This document shows, in pieces, positions 31,001 to 38,837 of a stretch of DNA of 64,000 nucleotides. Source of the DNA: a virus; IMG/VR virus record IMGVR_UViG_3300002920_000062, positions 70,123 to 134,122 of that record; one strand, 5' to 3'. The notes under the pieces are model-generated. The model was not told the origin of the DNA. It did not search any database and saw only the letters and a list, made by a program, of their open reading frames with translations. A program made the translations under genes and the position numbers. Each line of letters begins with the position of its first letter. Position 1 is the first letter of the stretch.

Positions 31001-34000
31001 TCATCATATGAGAAATCGTTCTTTCTAAAAAATCCAGGAACAAGATCGTTTATATTGAATACAGGGCTGACTACTTTAGTATTGTTGTAAATCCTCTTTT
31101 CAAATTCAAGAAGTATTCTGTCGCGCAGGTCTGTTAAATCGTCAAGCTCTGGGTCATAATTACCATAAAGCTTAGTAAACGAACCATCATGACCTCTGAT
31201 AAAGTAGGTTGGTGTAGTGTGGTTGTTATCCAATACTACACCAGGAACATAAAGTGGATATAGACCTAACTTAGACGGAGTGTAAGGTACATATGACCCA
31301 AATGTTTGGTTGTATTCCTTAACAATAATATTATCGCCTGGCGTCAAGTCTTTTGTTATTATCAGAGAAGGCGTTTCATTATCAATTGTATAGTCAATTT
31401 TGTTGAGAAGTTGTATTTCTCTAATTCTTCCACCAACATTTTTTCTCAAATAAACAAGAACACCATCATAGTTTGCTTTGGTAAAATCATATACTTTGCT
31501 TAACGGATAACGAGTAATATCAATATTACTCTTGAATACATACACACTTTCGTTAAATACAGTCTTATTAGGAACCATATCCGACCAAAAGAATGAGTTA
31601 ATCTCGCTTCTATTGGCTGCAATTTCTTCAATTAAACGGTCTAATATTTGGTTAGTAGGCTCGTCAAAAAGGTTGCTTTCATTTGCTAAGTTTACAAGTA
31701 GCTGCTTGTACTTGGTATACTCTCTGCTACTAAACATTAATGCGTTGATAATATTTAGGTCTTGATTCCTCAAGAATAATCCCGGCAATACCAACGATGC
31801 ACTATTTCTAATGATCTTTGTTCCATATTTTGCCAAGTCACCCAGATCTCTGTAATTATTAACGCCAAAGATATTTCCAGAGATGTTAGGAGCATTGATA
31901 AAGATTTCTTTGTAGTGATTTCTTATATCACCTAAATCAACAATACTCAAATCATCGTTGAATGGGTTATTAGCTAGGTTATCTGGTATAGAATAGTATG
32001 CTTTTTCACTTATCTGGTCACTTATTATAAAAATCTGAACAGTAGAATTTTTTGGAAACTCTTCTGTAAGTATAATAGTAGTAGTATTTTCACCATAAGT
32101 TATTGAGTATTTGTTTTCTGTTTGGTATTCACTGTTAACAAATACTTTGATAACCGGCCATTCAATACTATCCTGGCTCACCGGTAGAACATCACATACG
32201 TAAGTGTTGATAGGATTTATTGCAAAATCAAATTGAAGGTACTGGGTGCTTACGTCAGCGGCAGGTTGCCAGCCTATAAGTCTGTTATATTCTTTCAATG
32301 AAGTATACTGATGAACATACCCGATGTTCACTGGTTCAATAAAAGTCTGACTTCCAACTGTATATTCAAATGTGTCTGAATTTATGGTAACGTCAAAGCT
32401 GATATCACCTACATTGTTAATGTCACTGAAACGTAGAGGAAAGCCTAAAATAGGATCATCTATGCCTGCCGAATTTATGCCATATGCAAATAAAGAGCAG
32501 CCTGCAAAAGAAGTGCCGTTGTATACTGAACCATCACTGAGGCTGGTATTATTATCGTCAAACAAGTCAAACAAAGGAGACTGATTTACCGTAACCTTTT
32601 GTTGAGCCATTGTCCAATCAATGCCATCATAGTAATAAGTTTTACCTTGGTTACTAACTCCTCTCTTGACTGTAACCTGCTGACCCGGAAGAACAGTGCC
32701 ATCACTGGCTTTGGTTAGTGTGATAACTGGTTCGGTATTACCTGATGATACTACACGATTGACTACATAAATTTCACTACGAGTAACATCGTCTTGGTCA
32801 TTAGCAAATACAATTCTAGCACCAGTAAACAAGCCCAGACTAGTAATCTGAGTATCAGCACCTGCAAGCGATGTGGTGCCACCTGTTATATCTTGTGCAA
32901 AACCATAAATCAACTCAAGTTCTAAGTTTACGCCTGCATCAGTGATAGATATAATTTGTGCATCGTTTGGTAAAATGTTTCGGGTGTCTCCCACAAACAT
33001 CCCAACTTCAAACGTTCCTGTTATGCTTGATTTTGGCACAGTAACTATTACTGTGTTATAAAGCTGCTTTACTGTACCAGTGCCAGGTGTTAGCAATTGA
33101 CTGCCGCTAACTGCGGCAACAAATCTATTTCCATTTTGATAGAAGACCCCTTCAGTTCCCGCCAAAATATTCCAATTTTGTTGTGTCGTGCCCGTAACAT
33201 TTTCAATCAAATAAGGCACGCCTGCTTCAATGTCAGTTACATTAGTTATAATATTTGGGGTGGAAGAAACAATTGCAGTTTCGGTAGTGTATACACTAGT
33301 ATCGGGATAGTAATTAACTAGTCCGGCCACATCAGACAACGCATCAACAGCCCTGGTATCAAAAAAGTCAATTAAATCTTTACCTTCGATCCCTGAATTG
33401 AACAATTTAAGATTGGGCTTAAACTCGATAATCGGTCTTTTTGCTTTATTTTCAAGTACCAGAAGATTATTCAATATACTTTGATTTCTGTTATATTCGG
33501 CAGTTTTTCTGATAACATCGCCATGAAACCACCTGTTGCTTCTTGCCCATGCGTCTCTGCTGATGCTATTTCTGGAAATAGTAATATAGTCTTGTTCGAT
33601 CGGTAAGTCGAGGTCGATATCAAAGCTGCCCAGGTCATACCCAACTGTATCAAAGGGAGAAAACTCACCAACTGTAAATGGTTCAGGTGTCTGGAGCTGT
33701 CGGGTATCAACAAGTTCAATACTTGTGCCTACGTTTTCTACATAATAAGTATTTCCCCTATAAGTTTCTGGGAAAATATTCCCATCAAAAGTTACTTTAA
33801 GCCCGTTAGTGAACGTGACACCGTTTGGAGAAGTGTAAGTGGTCTTTCCTAAAATTTCTTTTTCTACATCAATAAAATTTTTGTCACTTGTTTCAACTAA
33901 CTTGATTATGCCAACTCTATTTGGGTTTGCACCATCAACATAATAAAGTGTAGAAAGAGGGGCAGTTATAGCAGGAACTAAACTTATGATTCCCAAATCA

Positions 34001-35427
34001 TTTCTAAAGAATTGACGATTAATAAATTGTGTACCGAAACGAGGGACAAGATTAGTTCGCTGTGGTATAGTTCCATCAGGTAATAAACGAATTATAGGGT
34101 TGTTTGGATCACCGATCAACTGTACTCGGTAGAAATTCTCGCTTACATTAGTATAAAAACCCTGTTCATACTGACCCTGGTTGATATTGAGGGTCATTGT
34201 ACCTGAAGTCTGTGGTAATATAGTTACTGTGTCACCGCCTAATGTCTCAGAAATTGTAAACTCAGTTGAACTTATAATATCTTTGACAAAGTATACCTTA
34301 CCCTGCTCAAGGCCGCCCATTGGGGTAGTAATTATCGTAATAGTCTGGTTAGGTAATAATAAACTAGTGCTTGCGTCAGCTAAAAAAATTGAAGTAGCAC
34401 TAGTTTGGTTAGCTGTCACTGTTCTCGGTGTCGTTATAGAAACGTCATTGATATCATAGAACATTTCATCATAATAAGATGATATATATCCTATTTCATC
34501 AGGTAACGAATTGTAGAAAATAATTCGTAAACCGTCAATACCAGTAACACCATCAATATCTGACAATCCTGGGAAAATCTGACCAGTAGTTGGATCAACC
34601 ACATCATTCAATGGTACCCCGTTTACTTGATCGAAGGTTAAATTAGAAACCAAGTCAATGTTTATGGTGTCATCAAAAATAAAGTCATCCTGTGCATCTA
34701 CTTGCGGAACGTTGAATGTTACAATTCCCTGAGTAGCACCGTTATTTTCCACTCCAAATACGTCTCTAGTAGAGACAGATGGTTGATATTTGCTAAAACC
34801 TGAAGTACCTGGCTCAGTCTGAATAAAAAATTGAGTGTCTTGGTCTACAATAAAATTATAGGTGCCGCCACGTAACAATGAGATAACAGGGTTAGAACCA
34901 GTGTCTACATCTGTTCCAACCGCTTCAATACGATAGCTGTTTGGTTGGCTAAAAACATTGAAGTTCAAATTAGTAAAAATGTGGTTAGGTGATACTGTTA
35001 CAGTAGGAGGACCATCTTGTAGCCAGTAATATTCATGATAGTTAACTAGCTTGTCTAAATCAGTAAAGCTATCCCAGGAATATATTTCACTAGTAAATAA
35101 CCTGTCGTGATTATTAGTGATCCCACCTGCTACATTAATAGCCGAAATCATTTCAGGATAGGAGATAAAATCTCTAGCAGTCTTTTCATCTTTTTTAGTG
35201 AATACAACACCAGGTTCTAACTGGTAGTTATTTCTTTCTGCTGTAGGTTCGTTTACATAAGAATCTGTAATTCTTGAGCCCGCACCAAATCTATTCCCGA
35301 TATACCCCTGGACTCTAACCGTCACTGGTTCATTAACTATTTGATCTAGTGTAGCTGATAAAAATTGACTGTTAGTAGATGTTTGAAAAACGTCTGGTAA
35401 AAAGTTTAATGTCCTAATGCGTGCCAT
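16015..35427 (-). CDS. Giant baseplate wedge-like structural protein (6470 aa)
   Basis: 19.4 kb uninterrupted ORF after the gp6-like gene; repeated GGL..GKxYYV..I...FTIS modules and propeller-like repeats. The gp7-like role is inferred from position. Confidence 0.8.
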   Translation of the reverse strand: MARIRTLNFLPDVFQTSTNSQFLSATLDQIVNEPVTVRVQGYIGNRFGAGSRITDSYVNEPTAERNNYQLEPGVVFTKKDEKTARDFISYPEMISAINVAGGITNNHDRLFTSEIYSWDSFTDLDKLVNYHEYYWLQDGPPTVTVSPNHIFTNLNFNVFSQPNSYRIEAVGTDVDTGSNPVISLLRGGTYNFIVDQDTQFFIQTEPGTSGFSKYQPSVSTRDVFGVENNGATQGIVTFNVPQVDAQDDFIFDDTINIDLVSNLTFDQVNGVPLNDVVDPTTGQIFPGLSDIDGVTGIDGLRIIFYNSLPDEIGYISSYYDEMFYDINDVSITTPRTVTANQTSATSIFLADASTSLLLPNQTITIITTPMGGLEQGKVYFVKDIISSTEFTISETLGGDTVTILPQTSGTMTLNINQGQYEQGFYTNVSENFYRVQLIGDPNNPIIRLLPDGTIPQRTNLVPRFGTQFINRQFFRNDLGIISLVPAITAPLSTLYYVDGANPNRVGIIKLVETSDKNFIDVEKEILGKTTYTSPNGVTFTNGLKVTFDGNIFPETYRGNTYYVENVGTSIELVDTRQLQTPEPFTVGEFSPFDTVGYDLGSFDIDLDLPIEQDYITISRNSISRDAWARSNRWFHGDVIRKTAEYNRNQSILNNLLVLENKAKRPIIEFKPNLKLFNSGIEGKDLIDFFDTRAVDALSDVAGLVNYYPDTSVYTTETAIVSSTPNIITNVTDIEAGVPYLIENVTGTTQQNWNILAGTEGVFYQNGNRFVAAVSGSQLLTPGTGTVKQLYNTVIVTVPKSSITGTFEVGMFVGDTRNILPNDAQIISITDAGVNLELELIYGFAQDITGGTTSLAGADTQITSLGLFTGARIVFANDQDDVTRSEIYVVNRVVSSGNTEPVITLTKASDGTVLPGQQVTVKRGVSNQGKTYYYDGIDWTMAQQKVTVNQSPLFDLFDDNNTSLSDGSVYNGTSFAGCSLFAYGINSAGIDDPILGFPLRFSDINNVGDISFDVTINSDTFEYTVGSQTFIEPVNIGYVHQYTSLKEYNRLIGWQPAADVSTQYLQFDFAINPINTYVCDVLPVSQDSIEWPVIKVFVNSEYQTENKYSITYGENTTTIILTEEFPKNSTVQIFIISDQISEKAYYSIPDNLANNPFNDDLSIVDLGDIRNHYKEIFINAPNISGNIFGVNNYRDLGDLAKYGTKIIRNSASLVLPGLFLRNQDLNIINALMFSSREYTKYKQLLVNLANESNLFDEPTNQILDRLIEEIAANRSEINSFFWSDMVPNKTVFNESVYVFKSNIDITRYPLSKVYDFTKANYDGVLVYLRKNVGGRIREIQLLNKIDYTIDNETPSLIITKDLTPGDNIIVKEYNQTFGSYVPYTPSKLGLYPLYVPGVVLDNNHTTPTYFIRGHDGSFTKLYGNYDPELDDLTDLRDRILLEFEKRIYNNTKVVSPVFNINDLVPGFFRKNDFSYDEWLRLYSVNFLDWVGQNRIEYTRQQYSINNEFTYNYVNSTDKISNSQIKQGNFRGIYSYFYDTFTPNLTPWEMLGFVNKPSWWEDRYGPAPYTSDNLLLWTDIEQGIIYDENGDFIVNKKIARPGLTSIIPVDDVGNLKSPLQTLVSNYNTLGFQRDWKVGDVGPAELAYRRSSSYPFDLIKILSLTKPAMFYNLAVDIDEYKFSPEFGQYLVNNRSHLDISKIKVYGDGTPKTSYLNWVVDYAKQFGVAVTTQVSDLLKNLDVRLIYRLAGFSDPNMLNFFVEKSSSSSSRNSSLLIPEESLSILLHDNQSFDIITYSSVIVQKNNTNGYSVFGNSQTNAFFRVLRPVLNSNTRTIQVINQRVTLAKDYTTQEDIVPYGTVFNSVQELSQFLMNYDAYLRSKGVKYEEVVDGNEVDWLLMVKQFLYWSQLGWEEGSIITLNPLATEMTIDKEGNIVQPLTLSQQNFILNQDLYPIQVNNLCINRDGTKFRAHTLNEGDSMSFATFNISNIEHGVIFDNTTLFGDVIYNLTTGLRQNRMLVRGTKTANWNGTINSWGFILSQDNINEWSNNIKYPKGAVVKYKNNYYSANQLIQPASTFDETQWTLLDQRNVQRGLLPNSATRAFESTLYYDTNKSNLDNDADLLSYSLIGYRPRDYMSLANLSGITEINVYKNMIKSKGTVKSLKEFDGVNLIQGDINYELYENWAIKTGEYGGRENDNFVEFRLDNKLLTNNPSIVSLTDGTFTLGSAQEVPLSSLLNYKRPITDPNILGVVDRTKPSLFPYAGYANFNDVKMSSFFYSGLNNAVDKNNIRVPITDFYVRDYFWLANFKEQWGIFTWKPIGAIVEVASNVDNTSTITFTVPHNLKLFDPIAIINFANNVDGYYIVSKVVNLNQVVINLAIPVNNNRVLTGNGIGLLITSQRVKKPSEIVNLNLLEAEFTKNTVWVDENTDGNWAVYRKSNNYKPVAAVTENNTVEYGKTVAFNGNVGYLVADPIIGKVYRYSKNNVSGEYSNTQVLTNGPSFGEVIAHVNNVFAISKPSAPKVFLYGWNQTVTTDDLFLYQEIVLPNIGSGTALEFSQDGNWLFVNDTTNASVRVYRKSNTEYLATFIQAGRTYVIDEINDTNFTIIGATENRKGIIFRATGTGIGSGKVTDITYNLVSIIDGTLDGFSTNDSFGKAVASDFFAETITVSAPNVDFSTEITDWGKVIVYQRATQNFEVQANYTADRVQEFNLGFTVGSASSTVVSTNSVGNIVTVTNASLFVVGAPIVFRGNGLLDTNITPNITYYINSISGNNITLKTSRNTNSVVTLATKAVVSGVTAVCQTESLLVTVNGNIVQDNNYATVGNLFIYSGVINAGDVIRVDGNKFFNIQTLTSNSNERPNHQYGFALDMNNSGSELLVGSPFEVDSFNREGQVYRYTNTGAKFGIIIGNAECNITVNREIYINGYRVVLRPGNAEVNADIINSFRINNVLASFTSDNRLVIQVVDKDLAQINRKLIVTSFDKYALDEAGFDLLTETQVITCPYSSGPTQFGSVIKFNERNSVVIGAPSASKVLGTTFDFSDNENLDDDTVFDNNATRFVESFADYGAVYMYDLLDDFNGSINAPGKFVYAQPVNNSLTKYNLSPRYGAAIDFKDNVVVVGTPELSNSPTSTGRIDLYENVTGNSNWAVFRSPVATVDIDKIKNVQIFSSTTNDTLVNLDYIDPLQGKILGAARENIDFISNVDPASYNTDTNLQKTWGEEEVGSIWLDTTNIRFVDYRQNDVVYNSEYWGKMFPGSEARVYTWVRSNVPPSQYQGPGIVYDTNKFVVSSNLNSSNIVTPVYYFWARNTNTINVDRNKKLADTTIASYVQNPRNAGIAYLAPLLPNTFALYNAESEINSAGAALHIGYVSSDNLDFVHNEYALIRENNEADFLSGLPSVRNRPATLPNRVTLPGPGETDEPTGLYLKLLDSLAGVNLNGQIIPDPFLPPLFQTGVLNRPRQSFFLNRKLALQNYLTYANDILKSFPITEIRPDLSFLFLSNEYYDTTDYWEYINWWAPGYDDSTRASLQVSRFVDLFGLDIAPETLVKVEENGQGLFEIYKLERSGVWNRIGLEKGTIKFSERLWNYIDNNIGFGVDFFDVAPFDTYPADETRNIIRALNEQIYTDELSIHRNKSLILLFEYIVSEANERQNNLSWLNKTSLVEVEQNVRGLLPFEILRSDNDEFLQGFVEEFKPYHITIKEFLLTYDGSENFVSDISDFDLPAKFNSNTRAFVTPNLVNGPGNNNTDFGYDSKIWSEPEYKNWFNNTGLSITGIKNFNIASLRSFVNVSAKTIIVDNASGFPTTGVITINQEKISYSKVNRDTNELGGLARGLFGTTITEHTPGDLIFIDLPAVIVLDEGSGYTSIPKVTAYIDTTIYPAPRVEAELQAVLSGDRVTAINVINPGEGYMARPEIIVESAYTITFSEDDINSELNTINVFAPDLKTGDIVKFKQGSNGSKPTKLVDNGWYYVGVLETLPSVVIALYNTFSEAVKDENRIQLQAPTNSSDMKLLPGCRASVITTTTPIRENNIKIRLDRTSYTSQVKDWEAETFYGGFFAGDFYNSNRISSSAISLQSSVPDINDILASSAGILFEIEDVDEEVILTYSSFARIISKTNALDNTIELIPQDGNNPDLSELANNASGTTIGFYRNMPIKFSGAGPAEIVENKTYYVSRIFDDLRFTISATIDGPELALSDFTVSAQGYRCYTGENKSTTILKLKYPDIHQVTRTEAGSNRLTVPMTPIGTGGTSGFYTNLPVFFTENAFGNVVENLVYYVTTVIDEETFTMSEVPDPVTARAVQTDGTTDSITLDTTAGFSKNDPIIFTNVVGLDSAIVAGATYYISGVLSGNRITISEFINGPVVLLNSSVGTALVTNQKDTVVLTNATGSMTMNVQLPVSPGQIDGQMFTLYGASGIKPGVVSENYSDLITRTNIVTIGTNFGQAVNRIALPVINERGTSNFYVNMPVTVSENVGNLIAGNTYYVIKYSGMDENTTNTTVSVVSSSSVTNALTVEYNPSEGKLGTAVLYVDMPIKFSGAGLGNIDTTVEYFVKQILSITEFKVSLVVGGPEFVLSTATGSLTGTGVPYVVVSATKGGSPVTLSSMFSTASLEQVILSPPVFDITNVAGGYVALISQGGEGFAVNNVITISGIETGGTTPENDLRIIVNSIGPNGEITSVIREGTPPGKKENFYFKVRSPNEVEVYKNSILTVPVSKSEFTYTGYITAKVNGSTTDTLSLDTSNFSNFDPVVLTGDVPSVINSGQTYYLFNVTPTTAQLTTSPNIFGTIVTGIVFNSEFTIAKLGSVALLPEPFFFNQSVVRFNNRLYICAISNNDKEFVIGKWELLDSGDRRLNAMDRVFGYYQPNDNMPAASLPQLFDGITYPNPIYRANEFEPDKQFELDTVLTTVPFTQADIDIKGVLFDEGLYYVIASLENGTGVFTSSDLTSWSLKRLTNADMTLTGIFEANGTKIITSSNSITPIFKSQDGETWTSSGYYIPGSGIPLAIDISNVSLNAATYYAAQNIYIMVGEVIVTSSDTFVWSDRATFDPIFTYNLHGIVATDNFVVAVGKGKKLDNTQSLVDTALVFYSVDGINWQEITIPTTNGLNSVAYDGNKLIAVGEQETIFTSTDGLNWKGVNDVSVVFVNNFSNIISVENALGFEIGTPVKFNTSFSTITQGTTYYIIQVVSNTQVIIAETLGGPVKTLTADTIPVNTRMSIVNINSVDLNSVLYTGSAWVAVGNNGIIKNSEDGNIWSRTQVNGLTANLIDITYNPNSAEIIVVGDSNTVLVNDGLVGPWSELSVINSTEVTYTIKGTDFNFGYAPEELVAGVVKDNLSIIPVTRPGSNWYVPEYGHSGFNVNTVIMKASTGTQVRYSFDNIVQIPAKVLVQIIDGNTGLAKTIYEGISYEIDWVRKEIILNEPLRQLPIEDKLMITVYEVGNGYQIVKSNTDVLPIRTNEVSGFNEIYLGCNYTGEIFEGSGAIKPGTSSLSVRVFRTESLAGRIFCDSVEDFVLYSPITFQGQPFGGLEENKVYYVSSISIATKSITVSDTIDTNTGLPGLVVTLTDATGQMFANIESGLGDQWSPALVIHNGNRLIPGGTGFITESVSEDNSLVTPNTGNLVVGQPITFCQCAFGNIVPFHRYYVKDILSGRRFTISETKGGPVLPQIDFNGLATFVTNDFAIGRLDNNLASLLFARNDYSTTEDYIVFSIFGEELTTQRGYSLPETQVFMGDGLTSKFFLNGFVGGDNPDNAIVELNGVRLTSALYEISEVDNSILLDSPPLTGDILAVTTFNDTLTQYMHTQFNVTGNPNSSLLNLVVVQTINRKTSFDQNTPTVHTFDQNTPEVITYDEFLNYLVLGSGTTADININDSIIFSSPTIGGLVAGKTYYVKEIIDSVTFTISDEVAGNTTVVFNDTGTMNTLANGLTVSEISDINSNIAAPFAVTNATSSTAGSPNEITVIDLTGFVVGQPVQFFGTSFDANIVTDGTVYFVNTINTSNSSFTIKDVDGNQVVTAGGTGLMQVVVGDRPTVRITTSARHGFLENTLIRIDGVEGSTELNNQLYYAKIIDEFTFDIYNTPYNPIIGAINSPVTVISSYINSGFVWRQGLFFLQSHTVSQTNVSNQIFVDRIDDLVVDTPVYFSKVENANGSVLMGGLIQGKEYYIVDIDFLNKAISVSETRNGPVVQLTNDTGVINLMQWKHTDVDRLYVTINGTRVPSDKLRINEVNEVSILEKIVPGDQIIISSMIPTATPNQLEYINTIDSNGQSAVYRFVQSNTGWLEQELSYADQEIVVNDANKLVIKKQTIAMTPALSDGVYKVGLEAERNNIVNITVNNSTTGLLISNNNYTLVIEGLTPTLRITPGDYISEGDQLVIDVLEGSPIYINGEIIRFSQIDLETNILSGISRGINGTARQTLIPRFTNIYSLSTANKLPDEDYYTVWNTNLYNKELGDPLQLSSSSMANFLNDSNNT

Positions 35428-35435
35428 ACATATAT

Positions 35436-38400
35436 TTATCTTATCTGTAATTCGTTAGGATTTAATGAGGATACTACTAGAATATCATCGGCGGTTGCTG
35501 CATTGACAAAAATTTCAAAAGGTTTACATCTTATTTCGTATAATTCCCCAAAGCTCTTGCTTGGATCGTTAGGAACTAAAACTACTGCACTAATAAAATC
35601 ACCGCACTCTGCATGTAAATATGCGCTCAGCTCCGAGAAATAAAAAGTATCACCAAAATCCCAGTTATTAATATCAAAATATTCATTCATTGCTGCTAAT
35701 ATTCTGCTCCTAACTTCACTGTCACTAACATTGGTATTCCCTGATTTTACTACTTTAATAGTTGAACGCAAAGCAGGTTCTGCCTTACTACCAAATAATG
35801 GTTTGAACTCAACACTATTTAATACTACTGAATCTGACATCATTTTGTAATTTTGTATGTCCGAATACTGTGAGCTTAGCTCTAAAATAGTTGGTTTGGC
35901 TGGTTTAGGAACTGTGTTGGTCGAATCTAAAGCCCATTTTCTATATCGGTCATAATATCCAAATGGTACTAGATATATGTCGATAATATTTGTTGTGGCC
36001 GGATCGACTCGGGTGCTGTTGTTTGAGTTATGCTTGTATTTAAAGCTAAGACCTTGACGACCGGGCTTCATGCTATACTGCGGTTGTTCAACAAGATTAT
36101 ACACAGGGAACGTTATAGTTTGGTCTTGTACGGTTTTATAAAACTTGTTTTCGCTAAAGGCATAAAATACCTGCCCCAGGGGGTATTCATACTTGACCAA
36201 TTCAATTTGTGTCTTGGTAGCATACTGTGATTTCACCAAGTCTTCATCTACTAAGAAAGTTCTTGTTAGGTTAAAGGCATCCTGCACTGTCTCAAAGAAG
36301 GCATATACACCTATATTTTGAGTATTATTGACGTAACCAGTAATTGTGTTAAAGAAGTCTGGATCTAGAATAATCTGTTTGTTATTAACATCCGTCGCCC
36401 CTATTTCTACTTGATAATCATTTACATAGCCGTCACTTTCTACTGTTTGTCCTAGGATATTTACTACTGTATCTCGTCCAATATTAATTGTTGAGTTAGG
36501 TAAAGTATTGATTCCTAATATATTGATATTATCTTGCAGAACTTTACCGCTAAATGGATCGTATACAATTTGGTCTTTGTTAAAAATAAAACGTGTATCC
36601 TTAACACTACCAAAATAATAAGCAAGCGACTTGTAAACAATAGAATAGCGATTATTTCCCAGGCTTGCAAACTTGACAAACCAATTGGTGTTTGTTATTC
36701 TACCAACAGACCAACGATTTTGTGAAACTGGCAAAGAATTGTCAAATATCAAGGTAAAATCTTGCTGGAGCTCCATTCTTATTAGAGCTTCTTGAACCAC
36801 ATCACTTGGAACAACATTACCGAATGCTGGAATAATCTCTGACAAAATAGCTTCATCAGGGACAAATCCATTAAGCCGTATAGGACCATTTCCGTTAGAG
36901 AAACTTCCTCTACCGTTATTTGAGCCGTCTCCTGCAACACTCAGCACAGTTGACCATATAAAGGTTTTGTCGTTGAATGATGGGATGCCTTGAACTAATC
37001 TGTTATCGTTGTCAAAATAGAACCCAACAGGAGCAATGAATTTCAAGATTGCACCTGGAGTAATATACTTAAGATTATTTGTAGTGAATATCCCAACATT
37101 TTGTGGCTGTTCTAAACTACCAGTGCGAGTGAAAAAGTATCCTGTCTCGTTTGAAGAATTGACAACACTAGTTTGCCAAATAACATCTGAGCCTATATCA
37201 ACTGGATATCTTGGATAAAACTGTATATAATATTGTGTTGCTCGGTTTGAGGCTAACACACTTGTTAGTGTTCCCGTGAAGAAGGCGATAATATCATTGG
37301 TGTCATTAATCGTCAAATTTAAGAAACCATCATTGTCATCTAGATAAATCGCACCATCTACACCGAAGTTATTCGTGCTTGAGAACTTGCCTGTTGGATC
37401 AAGTAAGTCCAAATTCCTCGAAATACCTATACTAGAACGATTGATTGCTTTACTCTTGATAATTGAGTTGTAAAAAGTGAATGGGAAATTGTTATAGTCC
37501 TCGCCATTAACCATTCTATTTTGAGTATAGTAGCGAGTTGGGGCACGTAATCTTATACTGTCTAGGCTTTCTCTGCTCTGGGCGGTAGTAATAGTCTGAG
37601 TTAATGCTAATCCAATTGTCAATGTTTCTACTCGTCCAAAACGCGAAATATAACTAAGTGATACACCAAGGCCGTTGAAGTCGGTAGGGAAAATTGTGTA
37701 AGACAATGCATTGCTTGCACGAACATATGCCCTGAAATTACCTACGGGAATCTCACTGAAAGCCCCGTCACCAAAAACATAAGTCACTTGGTCGTTAAAT
37801 CTAGATGATACTGAAAAGATTTTTTTGTTTCGGGTTCTTTGTGTTTCTTTAGCGGCGAAAACGTTGTCGACTTGCTGCCATTGAATACGCTCGTTTTTAT
37901 CAAACTGATACAACCAAGTGTCGTCATTATTGATGCCCTGAATATTAATGTCTACTGTTTGATTACTAATCTGCTGGTTTAAAACAAAGTCAAATGGTTG
38001 TAGAGTTCCTTGCTTGAAATAAAAGAAGAAACCAGTGTTGGGACTTCCGAAGCCTAATTGATCGTTACGATATATGATGTTGAATATACCATTTGGTGCT
38101 GGAGGTAACTCATAGATACTCCCAGAGTCAATAGTAGAAACACTGCATAATTCAAAGTTCATACTGATATTATTCACAGTTCTAGTAAATGGGACAACCG
38201 GAATACTATTAGCCGGAATACGAAGACTATACTCGCTAGTTTTTACACCCCCGATATCAGTGACATTGCCGGGACGACCAATTCTTTGTGTGTCAACTAA
38301 TGCAGCATTTATAATGGCGTTGAATTGCTCTAACCAATTTGGGTTAGCAGGGTCGTTCCATAATACAGGGACGTTACTTAAATTAAAACCGTTAATATCG

Positions 38401-38789
38401 CTAATATTTTGAGTGGTCTTAACACTAACCACTTTCAAAAAACCTTGCCCGGATATATTTCTCTTTGGAGTATACCCCACTAAATTAGCTAGTTTGATTA
38501 CACTATCTCGGCGTTCGGCAGTGTCAATAAAGTTCTCTCTTGCATTCAGGTCGTTTCTAAATGCGAGGCCCTGGCCCATAAATGCAATAACGTCAAGTAG
38601 TGCAACAAACTCACTAGATTCGACATAATCATTGAAGGTCTCTGGGTAATTGGCCTGTAGGTAGTCTACAAAGGTTCTGCGTAGGGTTTCGTAGCTGTAG
38701 CTACTGAAATCAGCTTGATTGAAGGTTTTGTACAGAGCCTTCCAATCGTTTGGACCAAACAATGCACTTTGACGGCTGCTTTGTGCCAT
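35436..38789 (-). CDS. gp6: Baseplate wedge subunit, gp6-like
   Basis: ADFSSYSYETLR..YPETFND..LLDVIAF..ENFIDTAERRDSVIKLANLVGYTPKR; RAPTRYYTQNRMVNGEDY. Confidence 0.88.
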   Translation of the reverse strand: MAQSSRQSALFGPNDWKALYKTFNQADFSSYSYETLRRTFVDYLQANYPETFNDYVESSEFVALLDVIAFMGQGLAFRNDLNARENFIDTAERRDSVIKLANLVGYTPKRNISGQGFLKVVSVKTTQNISDINGFNLSNVPVLWNDPANPNWLEQFNAIINAALVDTQRIGRPGNVTDIGGVKTSEYSLRIPANSIPVVPFTRTVNNISMNFELCSVSTIDSGSIYELPPAPNGIFNIIYRNDQLGFGSPNTGFFFYFKQGTLQPFDFVLNQQISNQTVDINIQGINNDDTWLYQFDKNERIQWQQVDNVFAAKETQRTRNKKIFSVSSRFNDQVTYVFGDGAFSEIPVGNFRAYVRASNALSYTIFPTDFNGLGVSLSYISRFGRVETLTIGLALTQTITTAQSRESLDSIRLRAPTRYYTQNRMVNGEDYNNFPFTFYNSIIKSKAINRSSIGISRNLDLLDPTGKFSSTNNFGVDGAIYLDDNDGFLNLTINDTNDIIAFFTGTLTSVLASNRATQYYIQFYPRYPVDIGSDVIWQTSVVNSSNETGYFFTRTGSLEQPQNVGIFTTNNLKYITPGAILKFIAPVGFYFDNDNRLVQGIPSFNDKTFIWSTVLSVAGDGSNNGRGSFSNGNGPIRLNGFVPDEAILSEIIPAFGNVVPSDVVQEALIRMELQQDFTLIFDNSLPVSQNRWSVGRITNTNWFVKFASLGNNRYSIVYKSLAYYFGSVKDTRFIFNKDQIVYDPFSGKVLQDNINILGINTLPNSTINIGRDTVVNILGQTVESDGYVNDYQVEIGATDVNNKQIILDPDFFNTITGYVNNTQNIGVYAFFETVQDAFNLTRTFLVDEDLVKSQYATKTQIELVKYEYPLGQVFYAFSENKFYKTVQDQTITFPVYNLVEQPQYSMKPGRQGLSFKYKHNSNNSTRVDPATTNIIDIYLVPFGYYDRYRKWALDSTNTVPKPAKPTILELSSQYSDIQNYKMMSDSVVLNSVEFKPLFGSKAEPALRSTIKVVKSGNTNVSDSEVRSRILAAMNEYFDINNWDFGDTFYFSELSAYLHAECGDFISAVVLVPNDPSKSFGELYEIRCKPFEIFVNAATADDILVVSSLNPNELQIR

Positions 38790-38837
38790 GTATCTTATAC
38801 TCCTGTGTGAGTATTTATCTTTGAAAAAATGGGGGTT

